A DNA stretch of 24,000 bases from contig JACPAF010000001.1 of NCBI GenBank assembly GCA_016180965.1, forward strand, positions 1 through 24,000. Reading direction: 5' to 3'. This stretch comes from Candidatus Aenigmatarchaeota archaeon (GTDB taxonomy: Archaea > Aenigmatarchaeota > Aenigmatarchaeia > JACPZZ01). The notes beneath the pieces were generated by a model that saw only the letters and a program-made list of their open reading frames with translations, was not told where the DNA came from and ran no database searches. The translations under genes and the position numbers were made by a program. Of the stretch, positions 16,203 to 23,241 are shown in pieces (position 1 is the stretch's first letter; the number at the start of each line of letters is the position of its first letter).

Positions 16203-16388
16203 TTGACAAAAGGAACATCCTCTTTCGGGAAACATAATAAGAAAACGCACATGCGCTGCCGTCGCTGTGGCAGATACACATATCACTTGCAGAAAAGCAA
16301 ATGCGCGGCATGCGGTTTCGGGCGCTCTCCGAAATTACGAGATTACTCATGGCGCAGAAAAACCATCCAAAGGAAGAGAAAGCTTTAG
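16203..16388 (+). CDS. rpl37e: 50S ribosomal protein L37e (TTG start)
   Basis: (M)[38 protein letters not shown] is the eL37 zinc-ribbon protein. TTG 16203 directly follows an in-frame TAA. GGTGA lies 5 nt upstream (16194-16198). The next ATG would delete the conserved N-terminus. Confidence 0.9.
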   Translation: MTKGTSSFGKHNKKTHMRCRRCGRYTYHLQKSKCAACGFGRSPKLRDYSWRRKTIQRKRKL

Positions 16389-16441
16389 ATTTTCTTTATT
16401 TTAATAGCTGTGTTTATTGTATAATTTTGTAGTAGCAAACT

Positions 16442-16472
16442 GAAACAGATGCATACCAATAGCATCTGTTTC
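16442..16472 (+). other. conserved 31-nt hairpin (11-bp perfect stem, 9-nt loop) ending 10 nt upstream of tRNA-Lys
   Basis: gaaacagatgc-ataccaata-gcatctgtttc, then the spacer tagttgcgac, then the tRNA +1. It is homologous to 2994-3024 (minus strand) with compensatory stem changes. Confidence 0.6.
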
Positions 16473-16482
16473 TAGTTGCGAC

Positions 16483-16579
16483 GGGCCCATAGCTCAGCCT
16501 GGTAGAGCACCTGACTCTTAATTGAACTTTTGTTCATCGAGATATCAGGGAGTCGCGAGTTCAAATCTCGCTGGGCCCA
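16483..16579 (+). tRNA. tRNA-Lys (anticodon CTT) with a 23-nt intron at the canonical 37/38 position (16521-16543)
   Basis: GGGCCCA-TA-GCTC-AGCCTGGTA-GAGC-A-CCTGA-CTCTTA[attgaacttttgttcatcgagat]A-TCAGG-GAGTC-GCGAG-TTCAAAT-CTCGC-TGGGCCC-A. The intron has an internal tgaac/gttca helix, and its gag pairs with C32-U33-C34, giving a relaxed bulge-helix-bulge. Confidence 0.85.
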
Positions 16580-16596
16580 ATTAAAGATGTTTTACT

Positions 16597-17514
16597 ATGA
16601 TCTCCATAAACTACACGTTCCTGGGCGATGAATCAATTGTTAAGGAATGGGGCAAGAAAGGAACTTCATCGGATATAACGATCTACGACCGCAAAGACAC
16701 GGGCATTGTTAAAACATGGACACTGCCTACCGGATTTCCGGACAAAATACAATCTTTATTCCAAGCCATACAGCTTGGCGAATATGTTATTTTTCATGTA
16801 TCCAAATTGGACAAGTTCACGGGCGAGCAAATAATCGCGCTTGATGCTTTGCGAAAGGAAAAAGGTTTGTTGTGCCATTCTTACGAAGTTGATAGAAGCC
16901 TGCTGTTAACAATGATAAAAGGAACTGTTGTTGAGAATTACAAGCTGGTGGAACTTGAGAATTTGAAAACGGAAATGGATTCGCTGGCTGCTATTCAAAA
17001 AGAAGGCGAGGCTAAAGTTGTGATAGACCATTCGTTCGAAGTTAAAGGCGTTGGCGCTGTGCTTCTGGGTAAATTGGACCGCGGAAAAATAAAAACTTAC
17101 GACAATATGAAATTGTTGCCCGCGGGTTCCGAAGTAATGATAAAATCAATACAAATGCACGACGATACCGTAACGGAAGCATCGTCTCCAGCGCGCATTG
17201 GGTTAGCGATCAAAGGTGTTGATGCAAGCGCTGTACAGCGCGGCGACGTTTTATGCAATTCTGCAGATTCCAAAGTTTCACAAGAAATAATTTTGGATTA
17301 CAAACAAAACAAATATTTTAAAGAGGATGTTAAAGAAGGCCAAACTTTCGTAGTTAATGTCGGAATGCAAATGAAGACCGCGAAAATAATTTCATCGGCT
17401 CCCATGAGGTTACAATTCATGAAACCGGTTGTTTTTGAAATCGGCGAAATTGCCGTAATATTAAGGCCGGAATCGCAGGGCGTTAGGATTGTCGGAAGTG
17501 GAAAGATAAGTTAA
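16597..17514 (+). CDS. EF-Tu/SelB-like protein with a degenerate G domain (no P-loop) and an intact beta-barrel domain II
   Basis: Domain II is clear: VIDHSFEVKGVGAVLLGKLDRGKIKTYDNMKLLPAGSEVMIKSIQMHDDTVTEASSPARIGLAIKGVDASAVQRGDVL. The N-terminal region keeps only vestiges of the G motifs (SDITIY, LPTGF, SKLD) and has no GxxxxGK[ST]. Confidence 0.65.
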   Translation: MISINYTFLGDESIVKEWGKKGTSSDITIYDRKDTGIVKTWTLPTGFPDKIQSLFQAIQLGEYVIFHVSKLDKFTGEQIIALDALRKEKGLLCHSYEVDRSLLLTMIKGTVVENYKLVELENLKTEMDSLAAIQKEGEAKVVIDHSFEVKGVGAVLLGKLDRGKIKTYDNMKLLPAGSEVMIKSIQMHDDTVTEASSPARIGLAIKGVDASAVQRGDVLCNSADSKVSQEIILDYKQNKYFKEDVKEGQTFVVNVGMQMKTAKIISSAPMRLQFMKPVVFEIGEIAVILRPESQGVRIVGSGKIS

Positions 17515-17564
17515 AAGTTTTTGACCGGATGTTTTATATATTTATTTGAAGAATAGCTTTTTTC

Positions 17565-17825
17565 ATGGTAGACCCCTACGTAGATAAGTTCAAAGACTTA
17601 AGTGTACTGGACATAGAAACTGGGAAATTCGGTTTGCGTATAGGCTATGTAAACGGGAGCGGAAGGGCATTCATAGAGACGGATGCGGGCGAAGAACGCG
17701 TGTCTTACGTTAACCTGGGCATGCCTTCCGGCGGCTTATCTGCAGCATATGTTCTCAGCAGCCAGCTTAAGCGAGATCCGGGACTTTACAACTTCGGCAG
17801 AAGAAAAGAAGAAACACACGCCTGA
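17565..17825 (+). CDS. small hypothetical protein (86 aa)
   Basis: ORF with an A/T-rich TATA-like upstream region (ttttatatattt). No recognisable motif. Confidence 0.4.
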   Translation: MVDPYVDKFKDLSVLDIETGKFGLRIGYVNGSGRAFIETDAGEERVSYVNLGMPSGGLSAAYVLSSQLKRDPGLYNFGRRKEETHA

Positions 17826-17859
17826 TTCAATATTTCTATTCCAGATTTCAATTACTACA

Positions 17860-18723
17860 ATGGCGCTTACTGAAGGATTGTTGCTAGCATTAGTTTCAAT
17901 GTTTTGCTGGGGAATTGCGGATTTTATTGTCGTAGGGCCTGTAAGGAAAATAGGCAATATCAAAACTCTGGTAATCGGCCAGGCTGTAATATTTGCCGCA
18001 ATGATCTCCTATGTTTCTCTTTTTCCTAATAACATACATTTCACCCAGCAGGCTGTATTGCTTTCGTTCCCGCCTTCGGCGCTGATCATACTCGGTTTTC
18101 TTGCACTGTACAGGGGAATACAGGTTGGAAAGGTTTCGATTGTTGTTCCGATAGTTTCAAGCTGGTCCCTTGTTGCCGTAATCATAGGCTTTCTGGTTTT
18201 ACGCCAAACGCCCACCCCACACCAGATTGCAGGTGCTTTGCTCATAGTCTCCGGAATAATCTTAGTTTCATTAAAGCTGTCTGATCTCAGGTCGTCGATA
18301 AGAAAACATAAATTAAAAGGCGTTAAAGAAGCTTTGTTGTCAATGGTTTTTTTCGGCTCTGCGCTCGCGTTCAACAAATTTGTGATCGAATACGTCGGGT
18401 GGCTTTCAGCCAGTTTCCTGTTTTCGCTGTGGCAAACCTTAATTCTGGCTGCCCTGTTCTTCGTAAGCAAGCAGGGTAAAACAAAAACCGCGGGCAATTA
18501 TTTGCTTATTGCGGCTGCTGCCGGACTTTTGAACTGGTTTGGGGGATTGTCTTATAATCTTGGCATAAGCGGCGAATATCTTTCCGTGGTTTCTCCCGTT
18601 GCGTCGGCGTCCGTTTTTGTCACAGTAATACTTTCATTCATACTGTTGAAGGAGAGATTAACAAAACCACAATACGTCGGCGTGTTTTCCGTGATATTGG
18701 GAATAATCGCGATTGCCGTCTAA
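17860..18723 (+). CDS. EamA/DMT-family transporter
   Basis: Start taken at ATG 17860 (MALTEGLLLALVSMFCWGIADF). About ten hydrophobic segments in two halves, each EamA-like. The upstream 59 codons of the listed ORF overlap the preceding gene. Confidence 0.75.
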   Translation: MALTEGLLLALVSMFCWGIADFIVVGPVRKIGNIKTLVIGQAVIFAAMISYVSLFPNNIHFTQQAVLLSFPPSALIILGFLALYRGIQVGKVSIVVPIVSSWSLVAVIIGFLVLRQTPTPHQIAGALLIVSGIILVSLKLSDLRSSIRKHKLKGVKEALLSMVFFGSALAFNKFVIEYVGWLSASFLFSLWQTLILAALFFVSKQGKTKTAGNYLLIAAAAGLLNWFGGLSYNLGISGEYLSVVSPVASASVFVTVILSFILLKERLTKPQYVGVFSVILGIIAIAV

Positions 18724-18756
18724 TGGTTTAAATACTTTCTGCACATCTGATTACTG

Positions 18757-19767
18757 ATGGCAAAACGCATACAACCTGAATACGCAAAAGAATATTGGAA
18801 TGTTTTGCAAAGAGGTTTATTTTTTGAAAGTTCCATGCCTGAGATATGGGAATTTGAAAATCTGCAGGAATCCAATGATTGGATGAAAAAACATCACGCG
18901 GTTAAAAAACGTGTATCTCTGGGCTTTCTTAAGCCCGCGATAACTTTTCAGTATGAACCGATGCCGTCCGCAATACCGGGCGAATCCAGCTTCATGTTAC
19001 CGGCAACGGAAAAAGAAGTCCTGATGGCCAGGGTTTTGTACCAAAACGGCAAATTATCAGAAGAGGCCATCATGCAAAGAAATTTTAAACACAAAGAAGT
19101 TTTTTCCGGCCAATTGATACTTATTCCCACAGACGGCGCAGAAACTGCTGTCAGACACCTGGAAAGCGGCGGTTACCATGTACCATCAACGGCGATGGGA
19201 AGGAAAATCGGAATAATACACGAACTGTGCGAGCATGCAGCAACTCACATGAATCCTTCTTACACATTTGTAGTAAACTCCAAACTTGAGCGGGCGCATG
19301 CGCTTTCGCAAAATCCCAACGCGGATCAGGATTATGCAATACTTGAAGGTGCGGCTGCGCATGCGGCACAAGGCCACAGGCATACGATGGTAAACATGAT
19401 AGAGACGTGGGCGTTGGACCAGTTTGGCGAAGATGGTCGTAAAATTGTGCGGGCTCAAAACATGGGCGTTCTCAATATGTTTGCTGATATTTTTAAAAAA
19501 TACAAAACCCCCGAAGACATCAAGAACAACTACGGAGTTTACGTGGGTGAAATGATGGCATTTATGTCGTCGTTCCACGAATACACACTATTAGGCCAGC
19601 TTCTAACTGAACCTGCGTACAAAGGCGGCGTTAGGAATGCCGCTGATGAGCACATAAGAGGCGCTGTGTGGAGAATGTCGCATGAACAGCTCCAAGACTT
19701 ACAGGCAAGATCAACAAAATATATGGAAACCAGAGGTTTTAGAAATGTGACGCCCGGAAAAAATTGA
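18757..19767 (+). CDS. hypothetical protein with HExxH and a downstream Glu (candidate MA-clan gluzincin metallopeptidase)
   Basis: IIHELCEH (HELCEH = 19219-19236), with YAILEGAAAH 38 residues downstream (Glu codon 19345-19347). No signal peptide or TM segment seen. I did not recognise the family. Confidence 0.45.
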   Translation: MAKRIQPEYAKEYWNVLQRGLFFESSMPEIWEFENLQESNDWMKKHHAVKKRVSLGFLKPAITFQYEPMPSAIPGESSFMLPATEKEVLMARVLYQNGKLSEEAIMQRNFKHKEVFSGQLILIPTDGAETAVRHLESGGYHVPSTAMGRKIGIIHELCEHAATHMNPSYTFVVNSKLERAHALSQNPNADQDYAILEGAAAHAAQGHRHTMVNMIETWALDQFGEDGRKIVRAQNMGVLNMFADIFKKYKTPEDIKNNYGVYVGEMMAFMSSFHEYTLLGQLLTEPAYKGGVRNAADEHIRGAVWRMSHEQLQDLQARSTKYMETRGFRNVTPGKN

Positions 19768-21174
19768 TTATAATTTCTTTACCATGTACGCGCCTTCCAA
19801 GGCGTAGCCGAGTTTCCTATAATATTCCCGCGCTCCAACGCCTGAAATGACTGCGATCTTTTCCATGTTGTTTTCTTTTGAAATTTTTTCCGCCTCTTCC
19901 AATAATTTTTTACCGAAGCCGCGGTGTTGGAATTGGTCTGGATCGAAGCTGTTACCTATACCGGTTTCTTTTCCGAATACGTGGATCTCACGAACCAATG
20001 AAGTCGCAGGTGTTATCTCCGGCCTGAAAGGGCGGGACGGGAATCGCAGACGCAATAAACCCAATAATATGTCGTTCTTCGCGTCCTCGAAGCTCAAAAA
20101 TATTTCATGCCCGCCAGATGCCTGATAGTCTGTTCTCGTCAATTTTATTTCATTTTCGTCGATATGCTTTCCGTGCAACAAATTGTAACCGACTTCACGG
20201 CACCTTGTGCATACACATTTTTGATTGTCCTGTTTCATCCGGGCTTTAACTGCGTCGCGTAAGTGCGAATATTTCGTACCGCCTACCACATACTCGGCGG
20301 GTATGTCGCGCATCACACGGGATATTCTCGCATAGCGCGGAACTATAAGTTTCAATTTTGCCAGCAATTCTATCAACTCGTCATTGGTATAGGCGTAATG
20401 TTTATCCTCATTAAACCATTGCTGCAATTCCGTATTTTCCAAAACAAGGCAAGGATAAATTTTCACACCGTCCGGCCGTAAATCCGGTTTTTCAAATAAA
20501 ATTTTAAACATTTCCAAGTCTTTTTTTAAATCGGACCCGGGCAGGTTGCACATGTAATGGTAATAGACTTTGAATCCAGAGTCTTTCAACAATTTCGTGG
20601 ACTCTATTACGTCCTTAACAGTGTGGCCGCGTTTGGTCAATTCGTAGTTTTCATCGTCTGGAATTTGCACGCCCAATTCAACTCGTGTGGCGCCGAAACT
20701 TAACATTTGGTTTATCTGGTATTCAAGCGCCCAATCGGGCCGCGTTTCGATGCACATCGCCACACAGCGATTGTCTGCGGTTTCATTGTAATTTTTCGCG
20801 TCTTCAAGCGATGCAGAAACGAAGCCGTTCAACCCGTCGTAACAGCCTTTGATGAAATCGTGGCGGTAATTTATGGGAGTGGCCATGAACGTTCCGCCCA
20901 TCACAATAATTTCGACTTTGTCCGTTATGTGGCCCATCGATTTTAACGCATTTACACGCGACTCAACTTGCTTGTATGGGTCGTAAGCGTCACGCATTGC
21001 GCGCATTACGACCGGAGATTTAGGCAAATAGCTTTTAGGCGTGGGTATCTCCTTGTCAACCCCGCCCGGACAATAAATGCATTTACCCGGGCATGGAAGC
21101 GGTTTCGTCATTACAGCTACTATGCTCACGCCGGATATTGTGCGGACTTTCTTTTTAACATTCAACTCGATCAT
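19768..21174 (-). CDS. elp3: Elp3-type radical-SAM/GNAT tRNA wobble-uridine (cm5U34) modification enzyme
   Basis: TISGVSIVAVMTKPLPCPGKCIYCPGG (radical-SAM CX3CX2C). The TIM-barrel body includes GGTFMA. The C-terminal GNAT domain includes HRGFGKKLLEEAEKI. Its stop abuts the stop of the convergent gene with no gap. Confidence 0.9.
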   Translation of the reverse strand: MIELNVKKKVRTISGVSIVAVMTKPLPCPGKCIYCPGGVDKEIPTPKSYLPKSPVVMRAMRDAYDPYKQVESRVNALKSMGHITDKVEIIVMGGTFMATPINYRHDFIKGCYDGLNGFVSASLEDAKNYNETADNRCVAMCIETRPDWALEYQINQMLSFGATRVELGVQIPDDENYELTKRGHTVKDVIESTKLLKDSGFKVYYHYMCNLPGSDLKKDLEMFKILFEKPDLRPDGVKIYPCLVLENTELQQWFNEDKHYAYTNDELIELLAKLKLIVPRYARISRVMRDIPAEYVVGGTKYSHLRDAVKARMKQDNQKCVCTRCREVGYNLLHGKHIDENEIKLTRTDYQASGGHEIFLSFEDAKNDILLGLLRLRFPSRPFRPEITPATSLVREIHVFGKETGIGNSFDPDQFQHRGFGKKLLEEAEKISKENNMEKIAVISGVGAREYYRKLGYALEGAYMVKKL

Positions 21175-21208
21175 GCGATTAAATACATTCCCAAAGCAAG
21201 ATAAGCTT

Positions 21209-21877
21209 ATGCGATTAACAGACGAAAACGTGGAGAATGTTTACGATTCGATAGCGGAAGGCTGGTACCATGTACGACAGGACCCATTTTACATATTCAA
21301 TCCCGAATATTACGCATCGAAATGGGTGAAAGGCAAGATATTGGACATAGGTTGCGGAAATGCTATGCATTCCATCATTTTTGCAAAGCATGGTTTTGAT
21401 TGCGTCGCAACAGACGTGAGTAAACAAATGCTTTACTGGGCGAAGAAGAACTTGGAAAAGAATAAAGTTAACTTTCCATTAGTCAAGGCGAATTGCTTGG
21501 ATCTGCCCTTTAGAGCTAACACGTTTGACTATGTAATTTCTGTCGCTGTTTTCCATCACCTTGACTCGGAAGAGAAGCGATTAAAAGCTTTCAAAGAGGT
21601 TTTCCGGATCCTTAAACCGAATGGGATTGCGCTAGTCACAGTTTGGAATAAAACACAACCACGCTTTATACTGGGCAAAAAAGACCAATACGTGGCCTGG
21701 AACCACAAAGGTGTGGTTCACCAAAGATATTACCATTTATTCACTTACAGAGAAATGGAAAAAATGGCCAAACTAGCTGGTTTAACTGCTATTAAATTGT
21801 TCCCAGAAGACTCCTACAAACTGCCGGTCAAGATGTTTTCAAAGAACGTGTGCGCGCTGTTAAAGAAACGAATATAA
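21209..21877 (+). CDS. Trm9-like SAM-dependent methyltransferase (candidate tRNA mcm5U34 methyl esterase-forming enzyme)
   Basis: Start at ATG 21209. VYDSIAEGWYHVRQDPF, LDIGCGNA, LDLPFRANTFDYVISVAVFHHLDSEEKRLKAFKEVFRILKPNGIALVTVWNKTQ and RYYHLFTYREME line up block by block with yeast Trm9 as I remember it (VYNEIAPHFSQTRYKPW, DVGCGNGKY, FDFAISIAVVHH...CWALEQ, RYYHLY). Confidence 0.7.
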   Translation: MRLTDENVENVYDSIAEGWYHVRQDPFYIFNPEYYASKWVKGKILDIGCGNAMHSIIFAKHGFDCVATDVSKQMLYWAKKNLEKNKVNFPLVKANCLDLPFRANTFDYVISVAVFHHLDSEEKRLKAFKEVFRILKPNGIALVTVWNKTQPRFILGKKDQYVAWNHKGVVHQRYYHLFTYREMEKMAKLAGLTAIKLFPEDSYKLPVKMFSKNVCALLKKRI

Positions 21878-21926
21878 ATAACCTTGTCTGTTTAAGAAAA
21901 GGTTAATCAAAATATATACAATCGGT

Positions 21927-22053
21927 GCCTGGGTGGCTCAGTGGTAGAGCGCCAGAAATTTGGCGAAACTCATAAGGCGATGTATGAGTGTTGAGCTTAT
22001 GCTATGATAACTAAGACATCTGGAAGTCGTGAGTTCGATCCTCACCCCAGGCA
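21927..22053 (+). tRNA. tRNA with anticodon CAT (elongator Met, or Ile2 if C34 is modified) and two apparent introns: 12 nt at 30/31 (21956-21967) and 43 nt at 37/38 (21975-22017)
   Basis: GCCTGGG-TG-GCTC-AGTGGTA-GAGC-G-CCAG[aaatttggcgaa]A-CTCATA[aggcgatg...ctaagac]A-TCTGG-AAGTC-GTGAG-TTCGATC-CTCAC-CCCAGGC-A. The exons reconstitute a body very like archaeal elongator tRNA-Met. No single-intron model gives a U33-containing 7-nt anticodon loop. Confidence 0.7.
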
Positions 22054-22097
22054 ATCCAAATAATTTAGTTTAATAAAAACCAAACTCAAGTGTTTTT

Positions 22098-23231
22098 ATG
22101 CCAGAATACGTTTTCAGATATGCCGATTCTTATTTGGATGTTGCCAACAGCAAAGACAGTTACATAATAGCGAAAAACGGGAGAAAGTATCTCGATTTCT
22201 TGATGGGCTGGTGCGTTGGGAACGCGGGCTGGAATAAAAAAGCTATTACGGATTCCATGAAAAAATTCAAGGGCCCGACCTACGTTAGTCCGACGTACAA
22301 TTACGATGGATGGGAAAGGCTCGGAGAGAAGCTTGTATCCATAACGGGCCTTGATGCAACATGTTTCCGCGCTACCGGCGGAACGGAAGCTGTAGAAATA
22401 GCGCTAAAAATTTCCAAAGCTTACAACAGGAGAAAAAATTTCATAGCTTTCAAAAACGCTTATCACGGGCAATCTTTTGCATGCATGGCTTTGGTCGGGC
22501 TGCATGAAAACAAATTCGGTCCATATCCGGACAATTATCTCAGGATAAACCCGCTTTCCATAGCCAACTGGGACAAATTGACAGAGTCTGTTGTGAATAA
22601 CATAAAAAAGAAAAACATCTGCGCGTTCATATCCGAGCCGATAATATGCAACCTCGGCGTTGTCGTACCGCCGAAATCTTTTTTCCAGTCTGTGCGCGAG
22701 GCATGCGACAAAACAGATACTGTAATGATACTCGACGAAGTGACGAACGGATTCGGGCGCACAGGCGAATGGTTCGGGTTCCAAAATTATGGAATTAAAC
22801 CGGACATTATTACAATCGCAAAAGGTTTCAGTTCAGGCTATGCGCCTATTGGAGCGACGGTTGCAGATGCAAAAATAGCTGAGTCCATGCGGTTCGATTT
22901 CAGCAATTATTCAACTTTCGGCTGGCAGCCGTTAGCCGTAGAGACTGCTATTGCAAACATAAACTACATAGAAAAGAACAAGCTCGTCGAACGGGCGAAA
23001 AAAAGCGGCGAATACCTGATGTCAAGGCTCACTGAATTTTCAAAGCCGTCTGGCAAGGGCTTGTGCATAGGCATGTGGGTAAAAAACACAAACGTCAAAA
23101 AGAAATGCCGCGATGAAGGGCTTCTTCTCGACGCGTTCCTTTTCCGGGCAGTTTTATTTCCTGCGTTGGATGTAACTAAACAAGAAATGGACACGGCTGT
23201 AGAAATAATAAGGAAAAATTCAAAATTCTGA
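22098..23231 (+). CDS. class-III (PLP-dependent) aminotransferase
   Basis: ATGGTEAVEIALK, LDEVTNGFGRTGEWFGFQNYGIKPDIITIAKGF (with the Schiff-base Lys) and the overall layout resemble acetylornithine/GABA-type aminotransferases. Substrate cannot be assigned. Confidence 0.8.
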   Translation: MPEYVFRYADSYLDVANSKDSYIIAKNGRKYLDFLMGWCVGNAGWNKKAITDSMKKFKGPTYVSPTYNYDGWERLGEKLVSITGLDATCFRATGGTEAVEIALKISKAYNRRKNFIAFKNAYHGQSFACMALVGLHENKFGPYPDNYLRINPLSIANWDKLTESVVNNIKKKNICAFISEPIICNLGVVVPPKSFFQSVREACDKTDTVMILDEVTNGFGRTGEWFGFQNYGIKPDIITIAKGFSSGYAPIGATVADAKIAESMRFDFSNYSTFGWQPLAVETAIANINYIEKNKLVERAKKSGEYLMSRLTEFSKPSGKGLCIGMWVKNTNVKKKCRDEGLLLDAFLFRAVLFPALDVTKQEMDTAVEIIRKNSKF

Positions 23232-23241
23232 ACGTGATTCA

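Noticed and set aside
21875-21926. Whether the fourth tRNA (CAT) also carries the conserved upstream 31-nt hairpin.
   Set aside because: Its upstream region has only a 6-bp aacctt/aaggtt stem ending 22 nt from +1, plus an atatata TATA-like box. Its sequence is unrelated to the Ile/Lys/Ala element, so it is not counted as a copy.
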